This document shows, in pieces, positions 26,883-44,400 of a stretch of 64,000 bases of DNA. Both the position numbers and the translations under genes were made by a program. How positions within the stretch are numbered: the first letter of the stretch is position 1; every line of letters starts with the position of its first letter. Location of the stretch: NCBI RefSeq assembly GCF_009914755.1, contig NC_060928.1; one strand, 5' to 3'. The notes beneath the pieces are model-generated. The model made no database searches, had not been told where the DNA came from, and was given only the letters and a program-made list of their open reading frames with translations. Source of the stretch: the human T2T-CHM13v2.0 reference genome, Homo sapiens.

Positions 26883-29800
26883 ATACTTTGAGTGCTTTGA
26901 TATATTATGTACAGTATATAATACATACTTTGTGTACTTTGATATTTTATGTACAGTATACAATATATACTTTGACTACTTTGATATTTTATGTCCAGTA
27001 TAGAATACATAGTTTTGGTAGTTTGATATTTTATGTACAGTATATAGTTTGAGTACATTGATATTTTATGTACACTTTATTATAAATGTTTGGATACTTT
27101 CATATTTTATGTACAGTATATAATACATACTTTGGGCACTTTGATATTTTATGTACAGTATACAATACATACTTTGGGTACTTTGATATTTTATGTACAG
27201 TATATAATACATAATTTGGGTACTTTGATATTTTATGTACAGTATATAATGCATACTTTGGGTACTTTGATGTTTTATGTACAGTATATAATACATACTT
27301 AGGGTACTTTGACATTTTATGTGCAGTATATAATACATACTTTGGGAACTTTGATATTTTATGTACAGTATGTAGAACATACTTTGGGTACTTTGATATT
27401 TTATGTACAGGATATAATGCATACTTTGGGTACTTTGATAGTTTATGTACAGTATATAATACATACTTTGGGTACTTTGATATTTTATGTATAGTATAAA
27501 ATATATAGTTTGGGTAGTTTGATATTTTATGTACAGTATGTAAAACATACTTTGGGGAGTTTGATATTTTATGTACAGTATGTAAAACATACTTTGGGGA
27601 GTTTGATATTTTATGAACAGTATATAATACACGTTTTGTGTATTTTGATATTTTATGTACAGTATATAATACATACTTTGGGTACTTTGATATTTTATGT
27701 ACAGTATATATTACATACTTTGGGTACTTTGATATTTTATGTACAGTATACAATATATAGTTTGAGTACTTTGATATTTTATGTACAGTATATAATACAT
27801 ACTTTGGGTACTCTGATATTTTATGTACAGTGTATAATACATACTTTGGGTACTTTGATATTTTATGTACAGTATATAATACATACATTGGGTACTTTGA
27901 TATATTATGTACAGTATATAATACTTACTTGGGGTACTTTGATATTTTATGTACAGTATATAATACATAGTTTGTGTACTTTGATATTTTATGTACAGTA
28001 TATAATACATACTTTGGGTACTTTGATATTTTATGTACAGTATATAATACATACTTTGGGTATCTTGACATTTTATGTACAGTATATAATGCATACTTTG
28101 TGTACTTTGATATTTTATGTACAGTATATAATGCATACTTTGGGTACTTTGATATTTTATGTACAGTATGTAATACATACTTTGGGTACTTTGATATTTT
28201 ATGTATAGTATATAATACATACTTTGTGTAGTTTGATATTTTATGTACAGTATACAATATATAGTTTGAGTACTTTGTTATTTTTTGTCCAGTATAAAAT
28301 ATATAGTTTTCGTAATTGATATTTTATGTACAGAATATAGTTTGAGTACTTTGATATTTTATGTACAATTTATTATAAATGTTTGGGTACTTTCATATTT
28401 TATGTACAGTATATAATACATACATTGGTCTCTTTGATGTTTTATGTACAGTATATAATACATACTTTGGGTTCTTTGATATTTTATGTACAGAATATAG
28501 TGCATAGTATTAGGTACTTTTATATTTTATGTACAGTATATAATACATACTTTGGGTACTTTGATATTTTATGTACAGTATATAATACATACTTTGGGAA
28601 CTTTGATATTTTATGTATGGTATGTAATACATAATTTGGGTACTTTGATATTTTATGTACAGTATATAATACATACTATTGGTACTTTGATATTTTATGT
28701 ACAGTATACAATATATAGTTTGAGTACTTTGATATTTTATGTCCAGTATAAAATATATAGATTTCATACTTTGATATATTATTTACTGAATGTAGTTTGA
28801 GTACTTTGATATTTTATGTACACTTTATTATAAAAGTTTGGGTACTTTCATATTTTACGTACAGTATATAATACATACTTTGGGCACTTTGATGTTTTAT
28901 GTACAGTATATAATACATACTTTGGGTTCTTTGATATTTTATGTACAGCATATCATACATAATTTGGGGACTTTTATATTTTATATACTTTATATTATAC
29001 ATAGTTTGGGTACTTTTATATTTTATGTACGGTATATAATACATACTTTGGGTACTTTGATATATTATGTACAGTATATAATACATACTTTGGGTACTTT
29101 GATATATTATGTACAGTATATAATACATACAAAGGGTACTTTGACATTTTATGTACAGTACATAATACATACTTTGGGTACTTTGATATTTTATGTACAG
29201 TATATAATGCATACTTTGGATACTTTGATATTTTATGTACAGTATATAATACATACTTTGGGTACTTTGATATTTTATGTACAGTATGTAATACATAATT
29301 TGGGTAATTGAATATTTTATGTGTAGTATATAATACATACTTTGGGTACTTTGATATTTTATGGACAGTGTATAATACATACTTTGGGTACTCTGATATT
29401 TTATGTACAGTGTATAATATATAGTTTGGGTACTTTGATATTTTATATACAGTATATAATACATACTTTGGGTACTTTGATATTTTATGTACAGTATATA
29501 ATACATACCTTGGGTACTTTGATATTTTATGTATAGTATATAATACATAATTTGGGTACTTTGATATTTTATGCACAGTATACAATATATAGTTTGAGTA
29601 CTTTGATATTTTATGTACTGTATAAAGTATATAGTTTTGGTACTTTGATATTTTATGTACAGTATATAGTTTGAGTACTTTGATATTTTATGTACAGTTT
29701 GTTAAAAATGTTTGGGTGATTTCATATTTTATGTACAGTATATAATACATACTTTGGGCACTTTGATATCTTATGTACAGTATATAATACATACTTTGGG

Positions 29801-32435
29801 TACTTTTATATTTTATGTACAGTATATAATATATAGTTTGAGTACTTTGATATTTTATGTACTGTATAAAATATATAGTTTTCGTAATTTGATATTTTAT
29901 GTACAGTATATAGTTTGAGTACTTTGATATTTTATGTACAGTTTTTTATAAATGTTTGGGTGCTTTCATATTTTATGTACAGTATATAATACGTACAAAG
30001 GGCAGTTTGATATTTTATGTCCAGTATATAATACATACTTTGGGTACTTTGATATTTTATGTACAGTATATAGTTTGAGTACTTTGATATTTAATGTTCA
30101 GTTTATTATAAATGTTTGGGTGCTTTCATATTTTATATACAGTATATAATACATACTTTGGGCACCTTGATATTTTATGTACAGTATATAATACATACTT
30201 TGGGTACTTTGATATTTTATGTACGGTATATAATACATACATTGGGTACTTTGATATTTTATGTACAGTATATAATATATACTTTGGGTACTTTGATATT
30301 TTATATACAGTATATAATATATATTATGTGTACTTTGATATATTCTGTGCAGTATATAATATATAGTTTGGGTTGTTTGATATTTTATGTACAGTATATA
30401 ATATATAGTTTGGGTAGTTTGATATTTTAAGTACAGTATGTAATATATAGTTTGTGTTATTTGATATTTTATGTACAGTATACAATATATAGTACTGGTA
30501 CTTTGATATTTCATGTAAAGTATATAGTTTGAGTACTTTGATATTTTATATACAGTTTATTATAAATGTTTGGGTACCTTCATATTTTATGTACAGTATA
30601 TAATACATACTTTGGGAACTTTTATTTTATGTGCAGTAGATAATACATACTTTGGGTACTTTGATATTTTATGTACAGTATATAATACACACTTTGAGTA
30701 CTTTGATATTTTATGTACAGTATATAATACACACTTTGGGTACTTTGATATTTTATGTACAGTATATAATACACACTTTGGGTACTTTGATATTTTATGT
30801 ACAGTATATAATACATACTTTGGGTAATTTGATGTATTATGTACAGTATATAATACATACTTTGGGTACTTTGATATTTTATGTACAGTATATAATACAT
30901 ACTTTGGGTACTTTGATATTTTATGTACAGTATGTAATACATAATTTGGGTACTTTTATATTTTATGTATAGTATATAATACTTACTTTGGGTACTTTGA
31001 TATTTTATGGACAGTGTATAATACATACTTTGGGTACTTTGATATTTTATGTACAGTATATAACATATAGTTTGGGTAATTTGATATTTTATATACAGTA
31101 TATAATACATACTTTGGGTACTTTGATATTTTATGTACAGTATATAATACATACTTTGGGTACTTTGATATTTCATGCACAGTATACAATATATAGTTTG
31201 AGTACTTTGATATTTTATGTACTGTATAAAATATATAGTTTTGGTACTTTGATATTTTATGTACAGTATATAGTTTGAGTACCTTGATATTTTATGTACA
31301 GTTTGTTATAAATGTTTGGGTGCTTTCATATTTTATGTACAGTATATAATACATACTTTGGGCACTTTGATATCTTATGTACAGTATATAATACATACTT
31401 TGGGTTCTCTGATATTTTCTGTACAGTGTATAATACATACTTTGGGTACTTTGATATTTTATGTACAATATATAATACATACGTTGGGAACTTTGATATA
31501 TTATGTACAGTATATAATACAAACTTTGGGTACTTTGATATTTTATCTACAGTATACAACACATAGTTTGTGTACTTTGATATTTTATGTACAGTATATA
31601 ATACATACTTTGGGTACTTTGATATTTTATGTACAGTACATAATACATACTTTGGGTACTTTCATATTTTATGTACAGTATATAATATATAGTTTGGTTA
31701 CTTTGATATTTTATCTACAGTTTATAATACATACTTTGGATACTTTGAAACTTTATGTACAGTATATAATACGTACTTTGGGTACTTTGATATTTTATGT
31801 ACAGTATAAAATATATAGTTTGAGTACTTTAATATTTTATGTGCAGTATAAAATATATAGATTTGGTACTTTCATATTTTATGTACAGTATATAGTTTGA
31901 GTACTTTGATATTTTATGTACAGTATATAATACATACTTTGGGTACTTTGATATTTTATGTACAGTATATAATACATACTTTGGGTATCTTGATATTTTA
32001 TGTACAGTATATAGTTTGAGTACTTTGATATTTAATGTACAGTTTATTATAAATGTTTGGGTGCTTTCATATTTTATATACAGTATATAATACATACTTT
32101 GGGCACTTTGATATTTTCTGTACAGTATATATTACATACTTTGGGTACTTTGATATTTTATGTACAGTATACAATATATAGTTTGAGTACTTTGATATTT
32201 TATGTACTGTATAAAATATATAGTTTTGGTACTTTGATATTTTATGTACAGTATATAGATTGAGTACTTTGATATTTTATGTACAGTTTGTTATAAATGT
32301 TTGGGTGCTTTCATATTTTATGTACTGTATATAATACATGCTTTGGGCACTTTGATATTTTATGTACAGTATATAATACATACTTTGGGTACTCTGATAT
32401 TTTATGTACAGTGTATAATACATACTTTGGGTACT

Positions 32436-35400
32436 TTGATATTTTATGTACAGTACATAATACATACTTTGGGAACTTTGATATTTTATGTACAGTATGT
32501 AATACATACTTTGGGTACTTTGATATTTTATGTACAGTATATAATACATACTATTGGTACTTTGATATTTTATGTACAGTATACAATATATAGTTTGAGT
32601 ACTTTGATATTTTATGTCCAGTATAAAATATATAGATTTCATAGTTTGATATTTTATGTACTGAATGTAGTTTGAGTACTTTGATATTTTATGTACACTT
32701 TATTATAAAAGTTTGGGTACTTTCATATTTTACGTACAGTATATAATACATACTTTGGGCACTTTGATGTTTTATGTACAGTATATAATACATACTTTGG
32801 GTTCTTTGATATTTTATGTACAGCATATAATACATAATTTGGGGACTTTTATATTTTATGTACATTATATTATACATACTTTGGGTACTTTTATATTTTA
32901 TGTACGGTATATAATACATACTTTGGGTACTTTGATATATTATGTACAGTATATAATACATACTTTGGGTACTTTGATATATTATGTACTGTATATAATA
33001 CATACTAAGGGTACTTTGACATTTTATGTACAGTACATAATACATACTTTGGGTACTTTGATATTTTATGTACACTATATAATGCATACTTTGGATACTT
33101 TGATATTTTATGGACAGTATATAATACATACTTTGGGTACTTTGATATTTTATGTACAGTATGTAATACATAATTTGGGTAATTTAATATTTTATTTATA
33201 GTATATAATACATACTTTGGGTACCTTGATATTTTATGGACAGTGTATAATACATACTTTGGGTACTCTGATATTTTATGTACAGTGTATAATATATAGT
33301 TTGGGTACTTTGATAATTTATGTGCAGTATATAGTTTGAGTACTTTGATATTTTATGTACAGTTTATTATCAATGTTTGGTTACTTTCACATTTTATGTA
33401 CAGTATATAATACATAATTTGGGCACTTTGATATTTTATGTACAGTATATAATACATACTTTGGGTACTTTTGTATTTTATGTACAGTATATAATACATA
33501 GTTTGGGTACTTTGATATTTAATGTATAGTATATAATACACACTTTGCGTACTTTGATATTTTATGTAAAGTATGTAATACATACTTTGGGTACTTTGAT
33601 ATTTTATGTACACTATGTAATACACACTTTGGGTACTTTGATATGTTATGTACAGTATGTAAAACATACTTTGGGTAGTTTGGTATTTTATGATCAGTAT
33701 ATAATACATATTTTGGGTACTTTGATATTTTATGTACAGTATATAATACATACTTTGGGTACTTTGATAGTTTATGTACAGTATATAATGCATAATTTGG
33801 ATACTTTTATAGTTTATGCACAGTATATAATACATACTTTGGGTACTTTGATATTTTATCTACAGTATATAATGCATACTTTGGGTACTTTGATAGTTTA
33901 TGTACAGTATACAATACATACTTTGGGTACTTTGATATTTTATGTACAGTATATAATATGTAGTTTGGGTACTTTGATATTTTAACTACAGTATATAATA
34001 CATACTTTGGGTACTTTGATATTTTATCTACAGTATATAATACATACTTTGGGTACTTTGACATATCATGTACAGTATATAATACATAGTTTGGGTACTT
34101 TGGTATTTTTTGTACAGTATGTAAAACATAATTTGGGGAGTTTGATATTTTATGAACAGTATATAATACACATTTTGGGTACTTTGATATTTTATGTACA
34201 GTATATAATACATACTTTGGGTACTTTGATATTTTATGTACAGTATATAATACATACTTTGGGTACTTTGATATTTTATGTACAGTATATAATACATACA
34301 TTGGGTACTTTGATATTTTATGTGCAGTACACTATATATAGTTTGGGTACTTTGATATTTTATGTCCAGTATAAAATAAATAGTTTTGGTACTTTGATAT
34401 TTTATGTACAGTATATAGCTTGAGTACTTTGATATTTAATGTACAGTTTATTATAAATGTTTGGGTGCTTTCATATTTTATATACAGTATATAATACATA
34501 CTTTGGGCACTTTGATATTTTATGTACAGTATATAATACATTCTTTGGGTACTTTCATATTTTATGTACGGTATATAATACATACATTGGGTACTTTGAT
34601 ATTTTATGTACAGTATATAATATATAGTTTGGGTACTTTGATATTTTATATACAGTATATAATATATATTATGTGTACTTTGATATATTATGTACAGTAT
34701 ATAATATATAGTTTGGGTTGTTTGATATTTTATGTACAGTATATAATATATAGTTTGGGTAGTTTGATATTTTAAGTAGAGTTTGTAATATATACTTTGT
34801 GTAATTTAATATTTTATGTACAGTATACAATATATAGTATTGGTACTTTGATATTTCATGTAAAGTATATAGTTTGAGTACTTTGATATTTTATATAGAG
34901 TTTATTATAAAAGTTTGGGTACCTTCATATTTTATGTACAGTATATAATACATACTTTGGGAACTTTTATTTTATGTGCAGTATATAATACATACTTTGG
35001 GTACTTTGATATTTTATGTGCAGTATATAATACACACTTTGGGGACTTTGATATTTTATGTACAGTATATAATACACACTTTGGGTACTTTGATATTTTA
35101 TGTACAGTATATAATACATACTTGGGTACTTTGATATTTTTTGTACAGTATATAATACATACTTTGGGTACTTTAATATTTTATGTATAGTATATAATAC
35201 ATACTTTGTGTAGTTTGATATTTTATGTACAGTATACAATATATAGTTTGAGTACTTTGATATTTTATGTCCAGTATAAAATATATAGTTTTCCTAATTG
35301 ATATTTTATGTACAGAATATAGTTTGAGTACTTTGATATTTTATGTACACTTTATTATAAATGTTTGGGTACTTTCATATTTTATGTACAGTATATAATA

Positions 35401-38400
35401 CATACTTTGGTCTCTTTGATGTTTTATGTACAGTATATAATACATACTTTGGGTTCTTTGATATTTTATGTGCAGAATATAATGCATAGTTTTAGGTACT
35501 TTTATATTTTATGTACAGTATATAATACATACTTTGGGTACTTTGATATTTTATGTACAGTATACAATACATACTTTGGGAACTTTGATATTTTATGTAC
35601 AGTATGTAATACATACTTTGGGTACTTTGATATTTTATGTACAGTATATAATACATATTATTGGTACTTTGATATTTTATGTACAGTATACAATATATAG
35701 TTTGAGTACTTTGATATTTTATGTCCAGTATAAAATACATAGATTTCATACTTTGATATTTTATGTACAGAATATAGTTTGAGTACTTTGATATTTTATG
35801 TACACTTTATCATAAAAGTTTGGGTACTTTCATATTTTACGTACAGTATATAATACATACTTTGGGCACTTTGATGTTTTATGTACAGTATATAATACAT
35901 ACTTTGTGTTCTTTGATATGTTATGTACAGCATATAGTACATAATTTGGGGACTTTTATATTTTATGTACATTATATAATACATACTTTGGGTACTTTTA
36001 TATTTTATGTACGGTATATAATGCATACTTTGGGTACTTTGATATATTATGTACAGTATATAATACATACTTTGCGTACTTTGATATATTATGTACAGTA
36101 TATAATACATACTTAGGGTACTTTGACATTTTATGTACAGTACATAATACATACTTTGGGTACTTTGATATTTTATGTACAGTATATAATACATACTTTG
36201 TGTACTTTGATATTTTATGTACAGTATAAAATACATATTTTGGGTACTTTTATATTTTATGTACAGTATATAATATATAGTTTGGGTACTTTGATATTTT
36301 ATGTACGGTATATAATACATACTTTGGGTACTTTGATATTTTATGTACAGTATATAATACATACTTTTGTACTTTGATATTTTATGTACAGTATATAATA
36401 CATACTTTGGGTACTTTGATATTTAATGTACAGTATATAATACACACTTTGCGTACTTTGATATTTTATGTAAAGTATGTAATACATACTTTGGGTACTT
36501 TGATATTTTATGTACAGTATGTAATACACACTTTGGGTACTTTGATATTTTATGTAAAGTATGTAAAACATACTTTGGGTAGTTTGGTATTTTATGATCA
36601 TTATATAATACATATTTTGGGTACTTTGATATTTTATGTACAGTATATAATACATACTTTGGGTACTTTGATATTTTATGTACAGTATATAATGCATAAT
36701 TTGGGTACTTCAATAGTTTATGCACAGCATATAATACATATTTTGGGTAATTTGATATTTTATGTACAGTATATAATGCATACTTTGGGTACTTTGATAG
36801 TTTATGTACAGTATACAATACATACTTTGGGTACTTTGATATTTTTTGTACAGTATATAATATGTAGTTTGGGTACTTTGATATTTTAACTGCAGTATAT
36901 AATACATACTTTGGGTACTTTGATATTTTATCTACAGTATATAATAGATACTTTGGGTACTTTGATATATTATGTACAGTATATAATACATAGTTTGGTT
37001 ACTTTGATATTTTTTGTACAGTATGTAAATCATACTTTGGGGAGTTTGATATTTTATGAAAAGTATATAATACACATTTTGGGTACTTTGATATTTTATG
37101 TACGGTATATAATACATACTTTGGGTACTTTGATATTTTATGTACAGTATATAATTCATACTTTGGGTACTTTGATATTTTATGTACAGTATATAATACA
37201 TACATTGGGTACTTCGATATTTTATGTGCAGTAACCTATGTATAGTTTGGGTACTTTGATATTTTATGTCCAGTATAAAATAAATAGTTTTGGTACTTTG
37301 ATATTTTATGTACAGTATATAGTTTGAGTACTTTCATATTTAATGTTCAGTTTATTATAAATGTTTGGGTGCTTTCATATTTTATATACAGTATATAATA
37401 CATACTTTGGGCACTTTGATATTTTCTGTACAGTATATAATACATACTTTGGGTACTTTGATATTTTATGTACGGTATATAATACATACATTGGGTACTT
37501 TGATATTTTATGTACAGTATATAATATATAGTTTGGTTACTTTGATATTTTATATACAGTATATAATATATATTATCTGTACTTTGATAAATTATGTACA
37601 GTATATAATATATAGTATGGGTTGTTTGATATTTTATGTACAGTATATAATATATAGTTTGGGTAGTTTGATATTTTTAGTACAGTATGTAATATATAGT
37701 TTGTTTTATTTGATATTTTATGTACAGTATACAATATATAGTGTTGGTACTTTGATATTTCATGTAAAGTATATAATTTGAGTACTTTGATATTTTATAT
37801 GCAGTTTATTATAAATGTTTGAGTACCTTCATATTTTATGTACAGTATATAATACATACTTTGGGAACTTTTACTTTATGTGCAGTATATAATACATACT
37901 TTGGGTACTTTGATATTTTATGTACAGTATATAATATATACTTTGGGAACTTTGATATTTTATGTACAGTATGTAAAACATACTTCGGGTACTTTGATAT
38001 TTTATGTACAGTACATAATACATACTATTGGTACTTTGATATTTTATGTACATTATACAATATATAGTTTGAGTACTTTGATATTTTATGTCCAGGATAA
38101 AATATATAGATTTCATACTTTAATATTTTATGTACAGAAGATAGTTTGAGTACTTTGATATTGTATGTACACTTTATTATAAAAGTTTGGGTACTTTCAT
38201 ATTTTACGTACAGTACATAATACACACTTTGGGCACTTTGATGTTTTATGTACAGTATATAATATATACTTTAGGTTCTTTTATATTTTATGTACAGCAT
38301 ATAATACAAAATTTGGGGACTTTTATATTTTATGTACATTATATAATACATACTTTGGGTACTTTTATATTTTATGTACGGTATATAATACATACTTTGG

Positions 38401-41400
38401 GTACTTTGATATATTATGTACAGTATATAATACATACTTTGGGTACTTTGATATATTATGTACAGTATATAATACATACTTAGGGTACTTTGACATTTTA
38501 TGTACAGTATATAATACATACTTTGGGTACTTTGATATTTTATGAACAGTATATAAAACATACTTTGGGTACTTTGATATTTTATGTACTGTATATAATA
38601 CATACTTTGGGTACTTTTATATTTTATGTACAGTATATAATATATAGTTTGGGTACTTTGATATTTTATGTACGGTATATAATACATACGTTGGGTACTT
38701 TGATATTTTATGTATAGTATATAATACATTCTTTGGGTACTTTGATATTGTATGTACAGTATACAATATATAGTTTGAGTACTTTGATATTTTATGTACA
38801 GTTTTTTATAAATATTTTGGTGCTTTCATATTTTATGTACAGTATATAATACATACAAAGCGCACTTTGATATTTTATGTACAGTATATAATACATACTT
38901 TGGGTACTCTGATATTTTATGTACAGTGTATAATACATACTTTGGGTACTTTGATATTTTATGTACAATATATAATACATACGTTGGGAACTTTGATATA
39001 TTATGTACAGTATATAATTCATACTTTGGGTACTTTGATATTTTATGTACAGTATATAATACATAGTTTGTGTACTTTGATATTTTATGTACAGTATATA
39101 ATACATACTTTGGGTACTTTGATATTTTATATACAGTATATAATACATACTTTGGGTACTTTCATATTTTATGTACAGTATATAATACATACTTTGGGTA
39201 GTTTCATATTTTATGTACAGTATACAATATATAGTTTGAGTACTTTGATATTTTATGTGCAGTATAAAATATATAGTTTTGGTACTTTGATATTTTATGT
39301 AAAGTTTATACTTTGAATACTTTGATATTTTATGTACAGTTTATTATAAATGTTTGGGTACTTTCATATTTGATGTACAGTATATAATACATAATCTGGG
39401 CACTTTGATATTTTATGTACAGTATATAATACATACTTTGGTTACTTTGATATTTTATGTACAGTATATAATACATACTTTGGGTATCTTGATATTTTAT
39501 GTACAGTATATAATGCATACTTTGGGTTCTTTGATATTTTATGTACAGTATATAATGCATACTTTGAGTACTTTGATATTTTATATACAGTATATAATAC
39601 ATACTTTGGGTACTTTCATATTTTATGTACAGTATATAATACATACTTTGTGTAGTTTCATATTTTATGTACAGTATACAATATATAGTTTGAGTACTTT
39701 GATATTTTATGTCCAGTATAAAATATATAGTTTTCGTAATTGATATTTTATGTACAGAATATAGTTTGAGTACTTTGATATTTTATGTACACTTTATTAT
39801 AAATGTTTGGGTACTTTCATATTTTATGTACAGTATATAATACATACTTTGGTCTCTTTGATGTTTTATGTACAGTATATAATACATACTTTGGGTTCTT
39901 TGATATTTTATGTGCAGAATATAATGCATAGTTTTAGGTACTTTTATATTTTATGTACAGTATATAATACATACTTTTCGTACTTTGATATTTTATGTAC
40001 AGTATATAATACATACTTTGGGTACTTTTATATTTTATGTACAGTATATAATACATACTTTGGGTACTTTGATATATTATGTACAGTATATAATACATAA
40101 TTTGTCTACTGTGATATATTATGTACAGTATATAATACATACTTTGGGTACTTTGATATTTTATGTACAGAATATAATGCATACTTTGGGTACTTTGATA
40201 TTTTATGTACAGTATATAATACATACTTTGGGTACTTTGATATTTTATGTACAGTATATAATACATACTTTGGTACTTTTATATTTCATGTACAGTATAT
40301 AATATATAGTTTGGGTACTTTGATATTTTATGTACAGTATATAATATATAGTTTGGGTACTTTGATATTTTATGTACGGTATATAATACATACTTTGGGT
40401 ACTTTGACATTTTATGTATAGTATATAATACATACTTTGGGTACTTTGATATTGTATGTACAGTATACAATATATAGTTTGAGTACTTTGATATTTTATG
40501 TACTGTATAAAATATATAGTTTTGGTACTTTGATATTTTATGTATAGTATATAGTTTGAGTACTTTGATATTTTATGTACAGTTTTTTATAAATATTTGG
40601 GTGCTTTCTTATTTTATGTACAGTATATAATACATACTAAGCGCACTTTGATATTTTATGTACAGTATAGAATACATACTTTGGTTACTCTGATATTTTA
40701 TGTACAGTGTATAATACATACTTTGGGTACTTTGATATTTTATGTACAATATATAATACATACGTTGGGAACTTTGATATATTATGTACAGTATATAATT
40801 CATACTTTGGGTACTTTGATATTTTATGTACAGTATATAATGCATAGTTTGTGTACTTTGATATTTTATGTACAGTATATAATACATACTTTGGGTACTT
40901 TGATATTTTATATACAGTATATAATACATACTTTGGGTACTTTCATATTTTATGTACAGTATATAATATATAGTTTGGGTACTTTGATATTTTATCTACA
41001 GCTTCTAATACATACTTTGGGTACTTTGATATTTTATGTACAGTATATAATACATACTTTGGGTAGTTTGATATTTTATGTATAGTATACAATATATAGT
41101 TTGAGTACTTTCATATTTTATCTGCAGTATAAAATATATAGTTTTGGTACTTTGATATTTTATGTACAGTTTATAGTTTGAGTACTTTGATATTTTATGT
41201 ACAGTTTATTATAAATGTTTGGGTACTTTCATATTTGATGTACAGTATATAATACATAATTTGGGCACTTTGATATTTTATGTACAGTATATAATACATA
41301 CTTTGGGTACTTTTATATTTTATGTTCAGTATATAATACATAATTTGGGAACTTTGATATTTAATGTACAGTATATAATACACACTTTGCGTACTTTGAT

Positions 41401-44400
41401 ATTTTATGTAAAGCATGTAATACATACTTTGGGCACTTTGATATTTTATGTACAGTATGTAATACACACTTTGGGTACTTTGATATTTTATGTACAGTAT
41501 GTAAAAGATACTTTGGGTAGTTTGATATATTATGTACAGTATATAATACATACTTTGGGTACTCTGATATTTTATGTACAGTGTATAATACATACTTTGG
41601 GTACTTTGATATTTTATGTACAGTATATAATACATACATTGGGTACTTTGATATATTATGTACAGTATATAATACTTACTTGGGGTACTTTGATATTTTA
41701 TGTACAGTATATAATACATACTTTGTGTACTTTGATATTTTATGTACAGTATATAATACATACTTTGGGTACTTTGAAATTTTATGTACAGTATATAATA
41801 CATACTTTGGGTATCTTGATATTTTATATACAGTATATAATGCATACTTTGGGTACTTTGATATTTTATGTACAGTATATAATGCATACTTTGAGTACTT
41901 TGATATTTTATGTACAGCATGTAATACATACTTTGGGTACTTTGATATTTTTTGTACAGTATGTAATACATAATTTGGGTACTTTAATATTTTATGTATA
42001 GTATATAATACATACTTCGGGTTCTTTGATATTTTATGTACAGTATATAATACATACATTGGGTACCTTCATATTTCATGTACAGTATATAATATATAGT
42101 TTGGATACTTTGGTATATTATGTACTGTATATAATACATACTTTGAGTACTTTGATATTTTATGTACAGTATATAATACATACTTTGCGTACTTTGATAT
42201 TTTATGTCCAGTATAGAATATATAGTTTTGGTAGTTTGATATTTTATGTACAGTATATAGTTTGAGTACTTTCACATTTTATGTACAGTTTATTATAAAT
42301 GTTTGGGTGTTTTCATATTTTATGTACTGTATATAATACATACATTGGGCACTTTGATATATTATGTACAGTATATAATACATACTTTGGGTACTCTGAT
42401 ATTTTATGTACAGTATATAATACACACTTTGGGTACTTTGATATTTTATGTACAGGATATAATGCATACTTTGGGTACTTTGATAGTTTATGTACAGTAT
42501 ATAATACATACTTTGGGTACTTTGATATTCTATGTATAGTATAAAATATACAGTTTGGGTACTTTGATATTTTATGTACAGTATGTAAAACATACTTTGG
42601 GGAGTTTGATATTTTATGTACAGTATGTAAAACATACTTTGGGGAGTTTGATATTTTATGAACAGTATATAATACACATTTTGTGTACTTTGATATTTTA
42701 TGTACAGTATATAATACATACTTTGGGTACTTTGATATTTTATGTACAGTATATAATACATACTTTGGGTACTTTGATATTTTATGTACAGTATACAATA
42801 TATAGTTTGAGTACTTTGATATTTTATGTACTGTATAAAATATATAGTTTTGGTACTTTGATATTTTATGTACAGTATATAGTTTGAGTACTTTGATATT
42901 TTATGTACAGTTTGTTATAAATATTTGGGTGCTTTCATATTTTATGTACTGTATATAATACATGCTTTAGGCACTTTGATATTTTATGTACAGTATATAA
43001 TACATACTTTGGGTACTCTGATATTTTATGTACAGTGTATAATACATACTTTGGGTACTTTGATATTTTATGTACAGTATATAATGCATACATTGGGTAC
43101 TTTGATATATTATGTACAGTATATAATACTTACTTGGGGTACTTTGATATTTTATGTACAGTATATAATACATAGCTTGTGTACTTTGATATTTTATGTA
43201 CAGTATATAATACATACTATTGGTACTTTGATATTTTATGTACAGTATACAATATATTGTTTGAGTACTTTGATATTTTATGTCCAGTATAAAATATATA
43301 GATTTCGTACTTTGATATTTTATGTACAGAATATAGTTTGAATACTTTGATATTTTATGTACACTTTATTATAAAAGTTTGGGTACTTTCATATTTTACG
43401 TACAGTATGTAATACATACTTTGGGCACTTTGATGTTTTATGCACAGTATATAATACATACTTTGGGTACTTTTATATTTTATGTACAGTATATAATACA
43501 TAGTTTGGGTACTTTGATATTTAATATACAGTATAAAATGCACACTTTGCGTACTTTGATATTTTATGTAAAGTATGTAATACATACTTTGGGTAGTTTG
43601 ATATTTTATGTACAGTATGTAATACACACTTTGGGTACTTTGATATTTTATGTACAGTATGTAAAACATACTTTGGGTAGTTTGATATTTTATGATCAGT
43701 ATATAATACACATTTTGGGTACTTTGATATTTTATGTACAGTGTATAATACATACGTTGGGTACTTTGATATTTTATGTACAGGATATAATGCATACTTT
43801 GGGTACTTTGATAGTTTATGTACAGTATATAATACTTACTTTGAGTACTTTGATATTTTATATATAGTATAAAATATATAGTTTGGGTAGTTTGATATTT
43901 TAAGTATAGTATATGATACATACTTTGGGTACTTAGATATTTTATCTACAGTGTATAATAAATACTATGGGTACTTTGATATATTATGTACAATAGATAA
44001 TACATACTTTGGGTACTTTGATATTTTATGTACAGTATATAATACATACTTTGGGTACTTTGATATTTTATGTACAGTATATAATACATACATTGGGTGC
44101 TTTCATATTTCATGTACACTTTATAATATATAGTTTGGGTACTTTGGTATATTATGTACTGTATATAATACATACTTTGAGTATTTTGATATTTTATGTA
44201 CAGTATATAATACATACTTTGGGTACTTTGATATTTTATGTACAGTATACAATATATACTTTGCATATTTTGATATTTTATGTCCAGTATAGAATATATA
44301 GTTTTGGTAGTTTGATATTTTATGTAGAGTATATAGTTTGAGTACTTTCACATTTTATGTACAGTTTATTATAAATGTTTGGGTGTTTTCATATTTTATG

